Part shown: in pieces, positions 40,558 to 49,749 of the stretch
Layout: every line of letters begins with the position of its first letter
How positions within the stretch are numbered: the stretch's first letter is position 1
DNA from: an uncultured Nitrososphaeria archaeon
Lineage (GTDB): Archaea; Thermoproteota; Nitrososphaeria; Geothermarchaeales; JDFR-13
Reading direction: 5' to 3'
NCBI GenBank assembly: GCA_964437705.1
Contig: CAYTHX010000001.1
Location: 18,698 to 82,697, forward strand
DNA: 64,000 bases
The notes under the pieces: generated by a model
What the model saw: only the letters and a program-made list of their open reading frames with translations
Databases searched by the model: none
What the model was told of the DNA's origin: nothing
Position numbers and translations under genes: made by a program

Positions 40558-41556
40558 TTATTTACTAAATTTCCTTATAAATTCTTCAGCTTCAATAGCA
40601 GCCATTGCACCCATAGCTGCTGAAGTAATTGCTTGTCTATATCTGGAATCAACAACATCTCCAGCAGCAAATACTCCTGGAATACTTGTTTTAACGTACT
40701 CTGTAACCTTAATATGTCCCGTTTTAGTTATTTCTAGCTGACCTCTAAATAAATCACTGTTAGGCTCATATCCGATAGCTATAAATACACCTTCACACGT
40801 AAGTATCCATTCCTGACCACTCTTTTTATTTAAGAGCTTTAATCCCTCAACCTTACTCTCTCCTAAAATATCAACTACAACATTACTTAGAACTAACTTG
40901 ATTTTATTGTTGCCTTTAACTCTTTCTTGAAGTATCTTTTCTGCTCTAAACTCATCTCTTCTATGGATTAAGTAAACTTCACTTGCTAGATTTGATAAAA
41001 ATAATGCTTCGGTTAGAGCTACGTTTCCACCACCAATTACAGCAACCCTCTTATCTCTAAAGAAATATCCATCACAAACAGCGCAGTATGAAACTCCCTT
41101 ACCAAGTAGACGCTCTTCACTTTCAAGACCTAATTTCCTATGTTTAGCTCCAGTAGCGACAATTATAGACCTACCTAAATACTCCTTATCTCCTACAAAA
41201 ACGCTAAATGGATACTTCTTAAAGTTTACTCTTGATACATCTTCATGTATAATGTTCGCTCCAAAATATTCTGCTTGTCGCTTCATCCTTTCCATCAACT
41301 CTGGACCCCGAATGCCTTCTGGAAATCCAGGGAAATTCTCAATAATATCTGCGATCATGAGCTGTCCACCCCAGCTATATCCAGCAATTACAAGCGTACT
41401 AAGTAATGCTCTTGCAGAATATATTGCTGCAGTTAGTCCAGCCGGTCCTGAACCAATTATAATAACATCCCAAACCCCATCTTTTGGGATAATACGTCTC
41501 TTAAGAACATCCTCTACACTCCTTTTCTTCATCGTTGGTAATTCTAGCGAAAACAT
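40558..41556 (-). CDS. trxB: thioredoxin-disulfide reductase
   Basis: GSGPAG, GVSYCAVCDG, GGGN.A, HRRDEFRA, AAGDV. Confidence 0.95.
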   Translation of the reverse strand: MFSLELPTMKKRSVEDVLKRRIIPKDGVWDVIIIGSGPAGLTAAIYSARALLSTLVIAGYSWGGQLMIADIIENFPGFPEGIRGPELMERMKRQAEYFGANIIHEDVSRVNFKKYPFSVFVGDKEYLGRSIIVATGAKHRKLGLESEERLLGKGVSYCAVCDGYFFRDKRVAVIGGGNVALTEALFLSNLASEVYLIHRRDEFRAEKILQERVKGNNKIKLVLSNVVVDILGESKVEGLKLLNKKSGQEWILTCEGVFIAIGYEPNSDLFRGQLEITKTGHIKVTEYVKTSIPGVFAAGDVVDSRYRQAITSAAMGAMAAIEAEEFIRKFSK

Positions 41557-41603
41557 TTCTCCTCAAGGTATTAAGATAAACACTAACCAGATTATAAAGC
41601 TTT

Positions 41604-44153
41604 TTATCTTCCTCTTCTAAGTGCTAAAGCAGCAACTATTATAACAACTATTATTACTCCAGCTAGAATCATTATCATCTCTTTACTCATTAGTAGTCTT
41701 TCTTCCTCCACACCTTCACCTAGTGGTGTCTCCTCAGTAGCTGGAACTCCAGTTTGTATAGTAACTGACTGTATATTTGCTGATGTCTCCGTAGCTTCGA
41801 CACTCGATATCTCACCGCCACTTATTGAAACACTATATATTGGTGATTCTTCAGTCTCCTCAACTACAACTCCGAATAATGGATCATGCTCTAGTACACC
41901 GCCGTCAAAGTATGGGTAGACTAGGAATACTGTTAGTAACCTCTCGGTTAATAGGAATACACCCTTAACTTCTATAATCTCATCGTGATTCTCATAATGT
42001 ACTATAGCTTTTGGCTGAAATCTATAGAAGCCCCATACTGTTCCATTTTCACTCATAATATTTACTTCAAACTTTTGAATATCATCTTCATAAAGAACTC
42101 CTTTATGTACTTTTACTTCTTCTGTACCAACTTTAACTTTAAGTGGAGCTCCAGTCTTATTGACTATTTCTTCAGCGAAACCTACTTTAGCTGGTAATGT
42201 ATTAAAGTGTGCAAATAAAACTAGTCTTGGTGTAACATTTAGCTTAGTTACATTTATATATTCCTTTAGTAGATCATAGTTCCATTTATATCCAGAAATG
42301 ATGATATCATTTTTTAGCTCAGCTCTAGTTATAGTATATGTTTGATTACCTATAGTTTCATTAACAGGAACAAAATACATTCTATTTCTAATTACAATTC
42401 TAAAGTCGCTTAAACCAAACATTTCCTTAAAGCGCCCCTTGAAACCCTCAGATACAAACGTAAACTGGACACCTATAACATTTCCTGTATCATCTGTAAT
42501 ATTCTCTGGAGGCTCTAGCATCCACTTTAGCATAGCGAATGGAATATGGAATGGATGAGCATACCTTATAAACTTCACAATTTTCATGATATACATCTTG
42601 ATTTTCTGTGAGATATTATGAGCAATTTCCTGAAGTGTATCCTTAATCTCATTGATAAGTCCATTTAGCTCATATAACTTGTCTAAATAATCTGAGATAT
42701 TTAGTAATGTAGTTTTTATATTTAGGAGATATGTTTTTGTGAGGTTCAGTATTTCAGATAATGAATCTAATGTTGTATTGATTTTTTCAAGAGCTCTATA
42801 ACATGTCTCTATATCTTCTAATACTATACTTATATTTTCAGATCCTCTCGCAATATTATCAACTTCAGCTATTAAATCCCTAAATCTAGCTGTTAACTCT
42901 TGCGCCCAACTAACCATTAAACCCATCATATAGTCTTTAGCTTTAGATAGAAGTTCCTTTGAGTCCTTTACTAGCTTAGCTATAAGCCTTGGTTTTTCAG
43001 CGGCACTAGCATGTAATAGCTTAGTTAAAGTATTGTTGATGCTTATTAAGAGATCTATTATTGACTCTTTATGTTTAATAATCTGCTCATCATTAACTAT
43101 AATTACTGTATTTAGCTCTACTATTATCTCATTAATCTTGTTTTGAGCCTCCTCAACTAGATCCTCAAGAGATCCACTTCCTGAAATGATCTTGACAATC
43201 GTATCATTTAGTGATAGTACATCCATAAAAATGTCCTGAAAGACTGATGAGAATATATCAGTTACGTTTGCAATAAATACCTTCTTAATTTCATTAGTTA
43301 AGTCTTGTAGTTCAGCTTTATACTTGAGTAAATCTACTTGGCTAATATTCTCAATTATTATTTCAATCTTCTCTAGCTTAGAAATAATGTTTTTCACGTT
43401 TTCGGATTTATTATACCTACTTAATTCCGAAAGGATATCGTCAATTACATCTTTTGCCTTACTAAGTTCGCCCTTTTCAATTAATTCCATTAATTCACTA
43501 AGATCTGAATGGATCCCCTCAATGTCTACCGCTGTAGATAATCTAATGGCAATTTGCTCTGCTAAATCCCCGGATTCATTAAATAGGAATTTGCTTCTAA
43601 ACTTATATCCTGGCCATAGCCATACTTCAGCAATACCATAGTATCTACCGACGTATACTGTTGAGTTATCATAGTTATACCACCATATGTAAAATGGGAA
43701 ACTTGGACGAGTTGGAATAGCAATTGAAATTACACCTGTATCGTATATTTGGAAGCCCGCTATCTCCCTTCTATGCTCAAACTTCCTAACCTTAATTTTC
43801 TCCTTTAGAACAGTTGCATCATTAATATTTAGAGTTAACTCATACTCTCCAGTTGGAATTTCACCTAGTAGTACTGGGAATACTAGCTGACGCTTCCTAC
43901 CCTCACTTTTCTCAAGCGATAAGTTAACTGTGATAGATTGATTGCTTATTATAACACTATCTACTGCACAGCTATACCTTCCAGGAGCTTTAAACTTGAA
44001 TATGATAGTTAAGATGACACCTTTAGGAGTATAGTTTATCTTAACTTTAACTTCCTCTCTTGAAGGAATATACTGAGCTTCTACGTATGTATAACTCATG
44101 ACTAATCCAGCTAGAAGGATTAATATAATGATCGCTCCAAGTAGCTTTTTCAT
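41604..44153 (-). CDS. large secreted membrane-anchored protein with central coiled-coil/helical region
   Basis: Signal peptide, Ig-like N-terminal domain, about 320-aa heptad-rich region, YP.FDGG.LEHDP.FG motif, C-terminal TM + RRGR. Confidence 0.75.
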   Translation of the reverse strand: MKKLLGAIIILILLAGLVMSYTYVEAQYIPSREEVKVKINYTPKGVILTIIFKFKAPGRYSCAVDSVIISNQSITVNLSLEKSEGRKRQLVFPVLLGEIPTGEYELTLNINDATVLKEKIKVRKFEHRREIAGFQIYDTGVISIAIPTRPSFPFYIWWYNYDNSTVYVGRYYGIAEVWLWPGYKFRSKFLFNESGDLAEQIAIRLSTAVDIEGIHSDLSELMELIEKGELSKAKDVIDDILSELSRYNKSENVKNIISKLEKIEIIIENISQVDLLKYKAELQDLTNEIKKVFIANVTDIFSSVFQDIFMDVLSLNDTIVKIISGSGSLEDLVEEAQNKINEIIVELNTVIIVNDEQIIKHKESIIDLLISINNTLTKLLHASAAEKPRLIAKLVKDSKELLSKAKDYMMGLMVSWAQELTARFRDLIAEVDNIARGSENISIVLEDIETCYRALEKINTTLDSLSEILNLTKTYLLNIKTTLLNISDYLDKLYELNGLINEIKDTLQEIAHNISQKIKMYIMKIVKFIRYAHPFHIPFAMLKWMLEPPENITDDTGNVIGVQFTFVSEGFKGRFKEMFGLSDFRIVIRNRMYFVPVNETIGNQTYTITRAELKNDIIISGYKWNYDLLKEYINVTKLNVTPRLVLFAHFNTLPAKVGFAEEIVNKTGAPLKVKVGTEEVKVHKGVLYEDDIQKFEVNIMSENGTVWGFYRFQPKAIVHYENHDEIIEVKGVFLLTERLLTVFLVYPYFDGGVLEHDPLFGVVVEETEESPIYSVSISGGEISSVEATETSANIQSVTIQTGVPATEETPLGEGVEEERLLMSKEMIMILAGVIIVVIIVAALALRRGR

Positions 44154-44496
44154 AGTAATTCACCATCTCTTACTAACAGCTTCTATCAATAAATTATAAT
44201 TATACACGTTAAATTAAACTTAAAGTTATCGTCTTCAACTCAATAAGGAGAATATTTGATATATTTGATAGCATAGATATACCTTATATTGATTATTAAT
44301 CAGAGAACTGTATAATGTATAGAATTGCATAATATATTATATTTAATTATTTAATTTAACTAATATTAGTGATGAGTTAGCTTAGTCATGTTATATCTTT
44401 AATATATAATTAATGCGTTATAGTTAGAACTAATATATTTAATTAAGTATAAGTTTATTAAAATATCCTTCTAAATCTATCTATTAGTGTTTCGCT

Positions 44497-45750
44497 ATGC
44501 CACGATATAAATTTAAAGCTAGACCTTTTGAGGAAGTTACAAAGTTAATTCTTGATGCATTTGATAGTAGGTCTTCAAAAATTGTAGTTCCAGTTGTAGA
44601 TTCACTTGGCTATGTTTTAGCTGAGGATATAGTTTCAGATAGGGACCTTCCACCATATGACATTGCTTTTTACGATGGATACGCTGTTCGATCTGAGGAT
44701 ACAGCTGGAGCATCAGCATCAAATCCTATAAAGCTAAAATTAGTGGGCCGTGTTTTTAGCGAGAAAGATCATGGTAAGTTTAAAGTTGATAAAGGATGTG
44801 CTGTTTACGTTTCATCCAATTCACCGATTCCTGAAGGTGCTAATGCAATAGTAAGGATTGAATATACTGAGGAGAAAGATAATGAAGTATTAATAAAAAA
44901 GGAAGTTGACCCTGAGCAAGATATGATTCTGAAAGGAGATGATATACGTAAAGGAGAGTTGATACTAAGTGAAGGGCGTTTTATTAGACCTCAAGATATA
45001 GCATTATTACTGGAATTAGGTATACTTCGTATAAGGGTTTATAGAAAACCTAGAGTTGGAATTATGGCTATTGGTAATGAGCTTCTAGAGAGAATGAATA
45101 GGGGAATTGTATATCCAGATAACTATTCTGTATTTATCGCTAAGAGTTTAGAGTTGTTAGGGGCAGAACCACATCACTTAGGAATTGTTTCAGATAACAT
45201 TGATGAGATTAAAGCTAAGGTTCTAGATAATATTCATATATACGATATGATGTTACTTGTTGCAGGCGCTTCAATAGGACTAAATGATTATACAGGAAGA
45301 TCTTTAGAGGAGATTGGTGAAGTCATATTCCACGGAACAAATCTGAGTCCAGGAAAAGTTTCTGGACTCGTTAAGATAGAGAATAAACCTGTATTTCTAG
45401 TTCCTGGACATGTTGGATCTGCAATTTCATGTCTATACAATTTTGTTTACCCACTAATTTCTAAGATGTTTTTTGATTCAGCTAAGCTTTTACCTGTAGT
45501 TTACGCTGAATTAACTAGTGACGTAGACGTTAAGAAGGGTTCATATACATTTAGAACAGTAGCTTTAAAGTGGAAAGATGGAAAGATATATGCAACACCT
45601 CATATAAAGAAGCTGGGTGGCTCTACGCTCTTAACTATATTTACAGAAGCTCAAGGATACATCCTAGTTCCACCGAAAACGGAGGCCAAAAAAGGAGATA
45701 TCATTAAAGTTACACTATTCAGTAATATGGAGAGCCTCAATATATCCTAA
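44497..45750 (+). CDS. moeA: molybdopterin molybdotransferase MoeA
   Basis: G.VLAEDI, PPYD.A.YDGYAV, IPEGANA, G.EL, PGK, PG motifs. Confidence 0.9.
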   Translation: MPRYKFKARPFEEVTKLILDAFDSRSSKIVVPVVDSLGYVLAEDIVSDRDLPPYDIAFYDGYAVRSEDTAGASASNPIKLKLVGRVFSEKDHGKFKVDKGCAVYVSSNSPIPEGANAIVRIEYTEEKDNEVLIKKEVDPEQDMILKGDDIRKGELILSEGRFIRPQDIALLLELGILRIRVYRKPRVGIMAIGNELLERMNRGIVYPDNYSVFIAKSLELLGAEPHHLGIVSDNIDEIKAKVLDNIHIYDMMLLVAGASIGLNDYTGRSLEEIGEVIFHGTNLSPGKVSGLVKIENKPVFLVPGHVGSAISCLYNFVYPLISKMFFDSAKLLPVVYAELTSDVDVKKGSYTFRTVALKWKDGKIYATPHIKKLGGSTLLTIFTEAQGYILVPPKTEAKKGDIIKVTLFSNMESLNIS

Positions 45751-45783
45751 TTACTCTTAATAAACCTTTCTTTATTTTAAGAA

Positions 45784-46329
45784 TTGATGATGAAGCCCCT
45801 TATAATATGTGTTATAGGAAGAAAGGGGGCTGGTAAAACAACATTAATAGAAGCGTTAACTAGAGATCTGGTTAATTCTGGAATACGAGTCTCAGTTTTA
45901 AAACACATACATCATGATAACTTTGATGTCGATATTAGGGGAAAAGATACTTGGAGGTTCTCAAAAGCTGGGGCAGAGACTGTTATAGGAATGTCTAAGA
46001 CTAAGTTATTTATGGTTAAGCAGTTAAGCGACTGTTCAGCAAATAACTATCCAGATATGGATGTTATAAAGTTGATGGAGAGACTAATATGGAATTCAGA
46101 TATCATTTTTGTTGAAGGATTTAAATATAGCTTAGGGAAAAGCAGAGATATCCATAAGATTATCATAGTTAGAAATAATGATGAAATTAAGGAACTTTTA
46201 GAAATAGCTTCTGAACCTATACTAGGCATCTATACCTACCGTACAGAAGTAAAATCTGACTTAATCATAAGTTATGATGAGTTAAAGAGGAAAATTATGG
46301 AGTTACTAAAGCATAGAAAAAAGGCTTAA
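45784..46329 (+). CDS. mobB: molybdopterin-guanine dinucleotide biosynthesis protein MobB
   Basis: GAGKTT, LKH, GKDTWRF..AGA, VEGFK. Confidence 0.9.
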   Translation: MMMKPLIICVIGRKGAGKTTLIEALTRDLVNSGIRVSVLKHIHHDNFDVDIRGKDTWRFSKAGAETVIGMSKTKLFMVKQLSDCSANNYPDMDVIKLMERLIWNSDIIFVEGFKYSLGKSRDIHKIIIVRNNDEIKELLEIASEPILGIYTYRTEVKSDLIISYDELKRKIMELLKHRKKA

Positions 46330-46332
46330 TAA

Positions 46333-47949
46333 CTAAATTGCTTTTAAATATCTATCTATAGTTTCCTTTAACATTCTAAGTTCTAGTTGCTTTTTCTCTT
46401 CATCCTTATACTTCATAATTTCGTCAACTTTACTTATCACGAGCCTATTAGTCATTACATAATATACTTTCTCTCTTAAAGCGTATCTCCTATCGTAGAT
46501 TCCATACTTCTCTCTCAACTCTATTGATTTTTCAATTAAATCAATAGCTAACTTCGCTAATTGACTCCTAGTTAAAAACTTAGTTTCATAACTAATCCAT
46601 TGATGCCAAGATGGATTTGAAAGCCCCTCTACGTAATCCTCTAAACTCTTAAAGATCAGCTTATACCCAAATTTCTCTGGATAATCAAAGGCTAATGATC
46701 CAGGATCAAGAAGAATCATTGGTCCAAAAGCAAAATTTATAGTATTAAAGCCTTTATCTATTAAACAAATCTTTTCCCATACCTCTACAGTTCTATTTAT
46801 AGTTTCTAACGTTTCATTGGACAATCCAAGCATAAAAAATACTATCAAATGTATATTATCCCTGTATCGCCTACATATTTCAATAGTCTTAAATAACTCG
46901 GTGTTTGTATATTTTCTTCCATGAGCAATTCTAACATGCTCTACGCCAGATTCTGGAGATATAGTTAGTGTTAATGGAGTATCAATCTTCGACAACATAC
47001 TAAGATACTCTTCATTTGCGGGTTTAAATAACTCCATCGATAAATGTAGTAAAGGCACCTTTGCATCTCGAATTTCTCTAATTAATGTTTCATAGTACCT
47101 CCTACCATTCATTCTAGGATCTTGAAATAAGAAAACCATTTTTATTCCCTGCTCAGAAAGTTTTTGCATGTCTTCAGCTATTTTATCCGGTTTTCTAAAG
47201 GATGGTTTATCCCTATACAAATACTTCTTATATGAATATAGAGACCCTCCACATGATACACAGTTATATATACAGCCACGACAAATAGGTAAGCAGAAGT
47301 GAGGGGGCATATCCCTAGGGAAAAATGCTCTTTTAGGCTTAATTAAGTCTAGTCTCGTAAAATCAAACTGATTAATATCAACGTTTAGTTTTCTTGCCTC
47401 ACCTATCTCGATTTTTCCATCTTTATCCCTAACTGTTATGTTTGGACACGCACGGACTTCATTATATTTATCTAATATATTCATGAGGTTTAATAGAGGT
47501 ATCTCAGCTTCTCCTCTAACAACCGCATCTATAAACTTCATTTTCTTAATAATTTCAGTATGAAATATAGTAGCAGTTAATCCTCCTAAAATAACTATAG
47601 AATCTGGATGAAACTTTTTACATAATTTACAAATTTCAATTGCTCCCTGTGAATGTACAACCCAATGAAGACCAACTGCATAAACTCTAGCCTCCAATGT
47701 TTTTAGGTGTTTTTCTACATCGAAGAATTTATCGAAAACCATTCGGTCAGCAAGGTTATCTATAATAACACGATACCCGTTCTTATCAAGGTAATCAGCT
47801 ATACTAAACATTCCAATTGGGGGAATTATAAATTGATCAGTACTTTCTCTAACTGTATAGGCAATGGGACCTGGAAAAATTATTTTCTTTCTAAAATCAT
47901 AAATAGCTGGAGGATGGATTATTACGATATCAAGCATTTTAATCACCAA
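46333..47949 (-). CDS. cobalamin-binding radical SAM protein (resembles the Ta0216/TIGR04190 type)
   Basis: HPP..YDFR N-terminus, LHW.VHSQG, GG.TAT, RGEAE, RGC.YNC.SC, SPESG. Confidence 0.85.
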   Translation of the reverse strand: MVIKMLDIVIIHPPAIYDFRKKIIFPGPIAYTVRESTDQFIIPPIGMFSIADYLDKNGYRVIIDNLADRMVFDKFFDVEKHLKTLEARVYAVGLHWVVHSQGAIEICKLCKKFHPDSIVILGGLTATIFHTEIIKKMKFIDAVVRGEAEIPLLNLMNILDKYNEVRACPNITVRDKDGKIEIGEARKLNVDINQFDFTRLDLIKPKRAFFPRDMPPHFCLPICRGCIYNCVSCGGSLYSYKKYLYRDKPSFRKPDKIAEDMQKLSEQGIKMVFLFQDPRMNGRRYYETLIREIRDAKVPLLHLSMELFKPANEEYLSMLSKIDTPLTLTISPESGVEHVRIAHGRKYTNTELFKTIEICRRYRDNIHLIVFFMLGLSNETLETINRTVEVWEKICLIDKGFNTINFAFGPMILLDPGSLAFDYPEKFGYKLIFKSLEDYVEGLSNPSWHQWISYETKFLTRSQLAKLAIDLIEKSIELREKYGIYDRRYALREKVYYVMTNRLVISKVDEIMKYKDEEKKQLELRMLKETIDRYLKAI

Positions 47950-48074
47950 CTAATTATAATATTCTTACTTGTCAAGTATTTCATGGCTAGTAATTAATAG
48001 AATTAGAGCTATCTATAATAACAATTTTGAATATATAAAGTTTTATATTGAAATGGAGTATCTCTTAATGTTTT

Positions 48075-48803
48075 ATGATGAAAGATATAGAGAAAGTTAA
48101 ATCTCTTTTAATGCGTTCTCTTAAAGGACGAGAAAGAATGTACTCACTTCTAGGTAGGGTTTATGAAAAAGAAGTTGATAAAGATTTATTGAGTAATTTG
48201 CTTAATCAAAGAGAACATTTACTAAAACACAAATTAATTGGAGATGTAGACTCTAATGTTGAAGATGGATTCGAGGAATTATATGTTTACCTCAATAAGT
48301 TAGATAGTGGGAAGATAGATCAAGCCTTACTTGAGCTTGCAGTTGATTACGCAAGTTTATTTCTAGGAGTTAAGTATGCTCGTGAGAAAAAAGGAATTCC
48401 TCATCCGTCAGAATCTGTTTACCTCACTGGATATCTATATCAAGATGAAAGAGATCAAGTTTTAGATATGTATGTAGAAGAGGGACTTGTAAAATCTCCA
48501 GATTTCACAGAACCTGAGGATCATGTTGCGTTAGAAATGTATTTCATGGCACATTTATGTAGAAAAGCTATTAAGCAATTAGAGTCAGGAGAGCTAGAAA
48601 ATTTGAAGAAAACTCTCTATACTCAGAAGAAGTTTTTAACTGAACATATATTGAAGTGGATTCCTAAACTTGCTGATGATGTTATTCAAAATGCTGATAC
48701 TGAATTTTACAAAGCTTTTGGGAAAATAACTAGAGGATTTATAAGAATTGAGAAAGAGATTATTGAGAAACTTATAGACTACGCTAATCTACTGATTAAA
48801 TAA
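48075..48803 (+). CDS. TorD/DmsD-family molybdoenzyme chaperone
   Basis: DYASLF, PSESVY, EPEDHVALE, FL.EH...W. Confidence 0.9.
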   Translation: MMKDIEKVKSLLMRSLKGRERMYSLLGRVYEKEVDKDLLSNLLNQREHLLKHKLIGDVDSNVEDGFEELYVYLNKLDSGKIDQALLELAVDYASLFLGVKYAREKKGIPHPSESVYLTGYLYQDERDQVLDMYVEEGLVKSPDFTEPEDHVALEMYFMAHLCRKAIKQLESGELENLKKTLYTQKKFLTEHILKWIPKLADDVIQNADTEFYKAFGKITRGFIRIEKEIIEKLIDYANLLIK

Positions 48804-48876
48804 AAGAATTACCAGTTAAATTAGAATTAGGTTGATAATTTAAAAAATAAAAAAGATATGGGAAGTTAAGGACTTT

Positions 48877-49746
48877 TTACTTTTTCTCTTTGGTTAGAAA
48901 TACGTCTCCAACGTTTACGTCTTTCTCTGTGGTGAAGACTCCTATAATCTTCTCTTTATAACCTTCCTTTTCAACTTTCAGTAGGTATTTATGATTCCAC
49001 TCTAAATCCGTAAACCAGAAGTCACCGAATTCATCGGTAGTTGCTTCGAATTTGCTCCCAGTATAAAGGTCTAGTGCGGTAATCTTAGCCCCGATAACTA
49101 CTTCCTTATCCTCTGGATCAACTATACAGCCACCTATAAATGGTTTTGGTAAGTTTAGGTAAAATACTCTTGGCTTAGTGTTATACTCTGGATGTAGTAC
49201 CTGTGCATCTTTAAGTAATTCTTTAATCTTTGGATCGTCTTCATCACCAAATATTATTGCTTCTGATGGACAGACATCATAGCATCTAGGACCATATTTC
49301 CAGTCTTTATCATCTAGTAGGTGTGCACAGAATGTACATTTCTGTGCAATACCTAATTCTTCATTAAAGTATATTGCGTTGTATGGACATGCATCCATAC
49401 AGAGTGGTTTTGAACCTACAGATTTACATCCATCACATTTATTTGGATCAATTAATACTATTCCATCTTCCCTCTTAACTATAGCATTTACCGGACAAGC
49501 CTTAACACAGGGTGGATTATCACAGTGCATGCATGGAATTGGGAAATATGTTACCTTAACTTTAGGTATAGAACCTCTTTCTACCTTGTCAACTCTCATC
49601 CAGAAATGGCCATATTCAGGCTGTGGCTTTGAATATGGACTCCAATCATTCTCTACAAACTCATCTTTACATGCAATTACACATGACATACATCCAGTGC
49701 ACTTACTTACATCAATAATCATAACTTTACCTGCCATATTCTCCAC
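48877..49746 (-). CDS. Fe-S beta subunit of pyrogallol transhydroxylase-like enzyme (BthL/RehS-like)
   Basis: CTGCMSC..ACKDE, CMHCDNPPC, KCTFCAH, plus the characteristic C-terminal beta domain (TDEFGDFWF). Confidence 0.88.
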   Translation of the reverse strand: MENMAGKVMIIDVSKCTGCMSCVIACKDEFVENDWSPYSKPQPEYGHFWMRVDKVERGSIPKVKVTYFPIPCMHCDNPPCVKACPVNAIVKREDGIVLIDPNKCDGCKSVGSKPLCMDACPYNAIYFNEELGIAQKCTFCAHLLDDKDWKYGPRCYDVCPSEAIIFGDEDDPKIKELLKDAQVLHPEYNTKPRVFYLNLPKPFIGGCIVDPEDKEVVIGAKITALDLYTGSKFEATTDEFGDFWFTDLEWNHKYLLKVEKEGYKEKIIGVFTTEKDVNVGDVFLTKEKK

Positions 49747-49749
49747 CTC

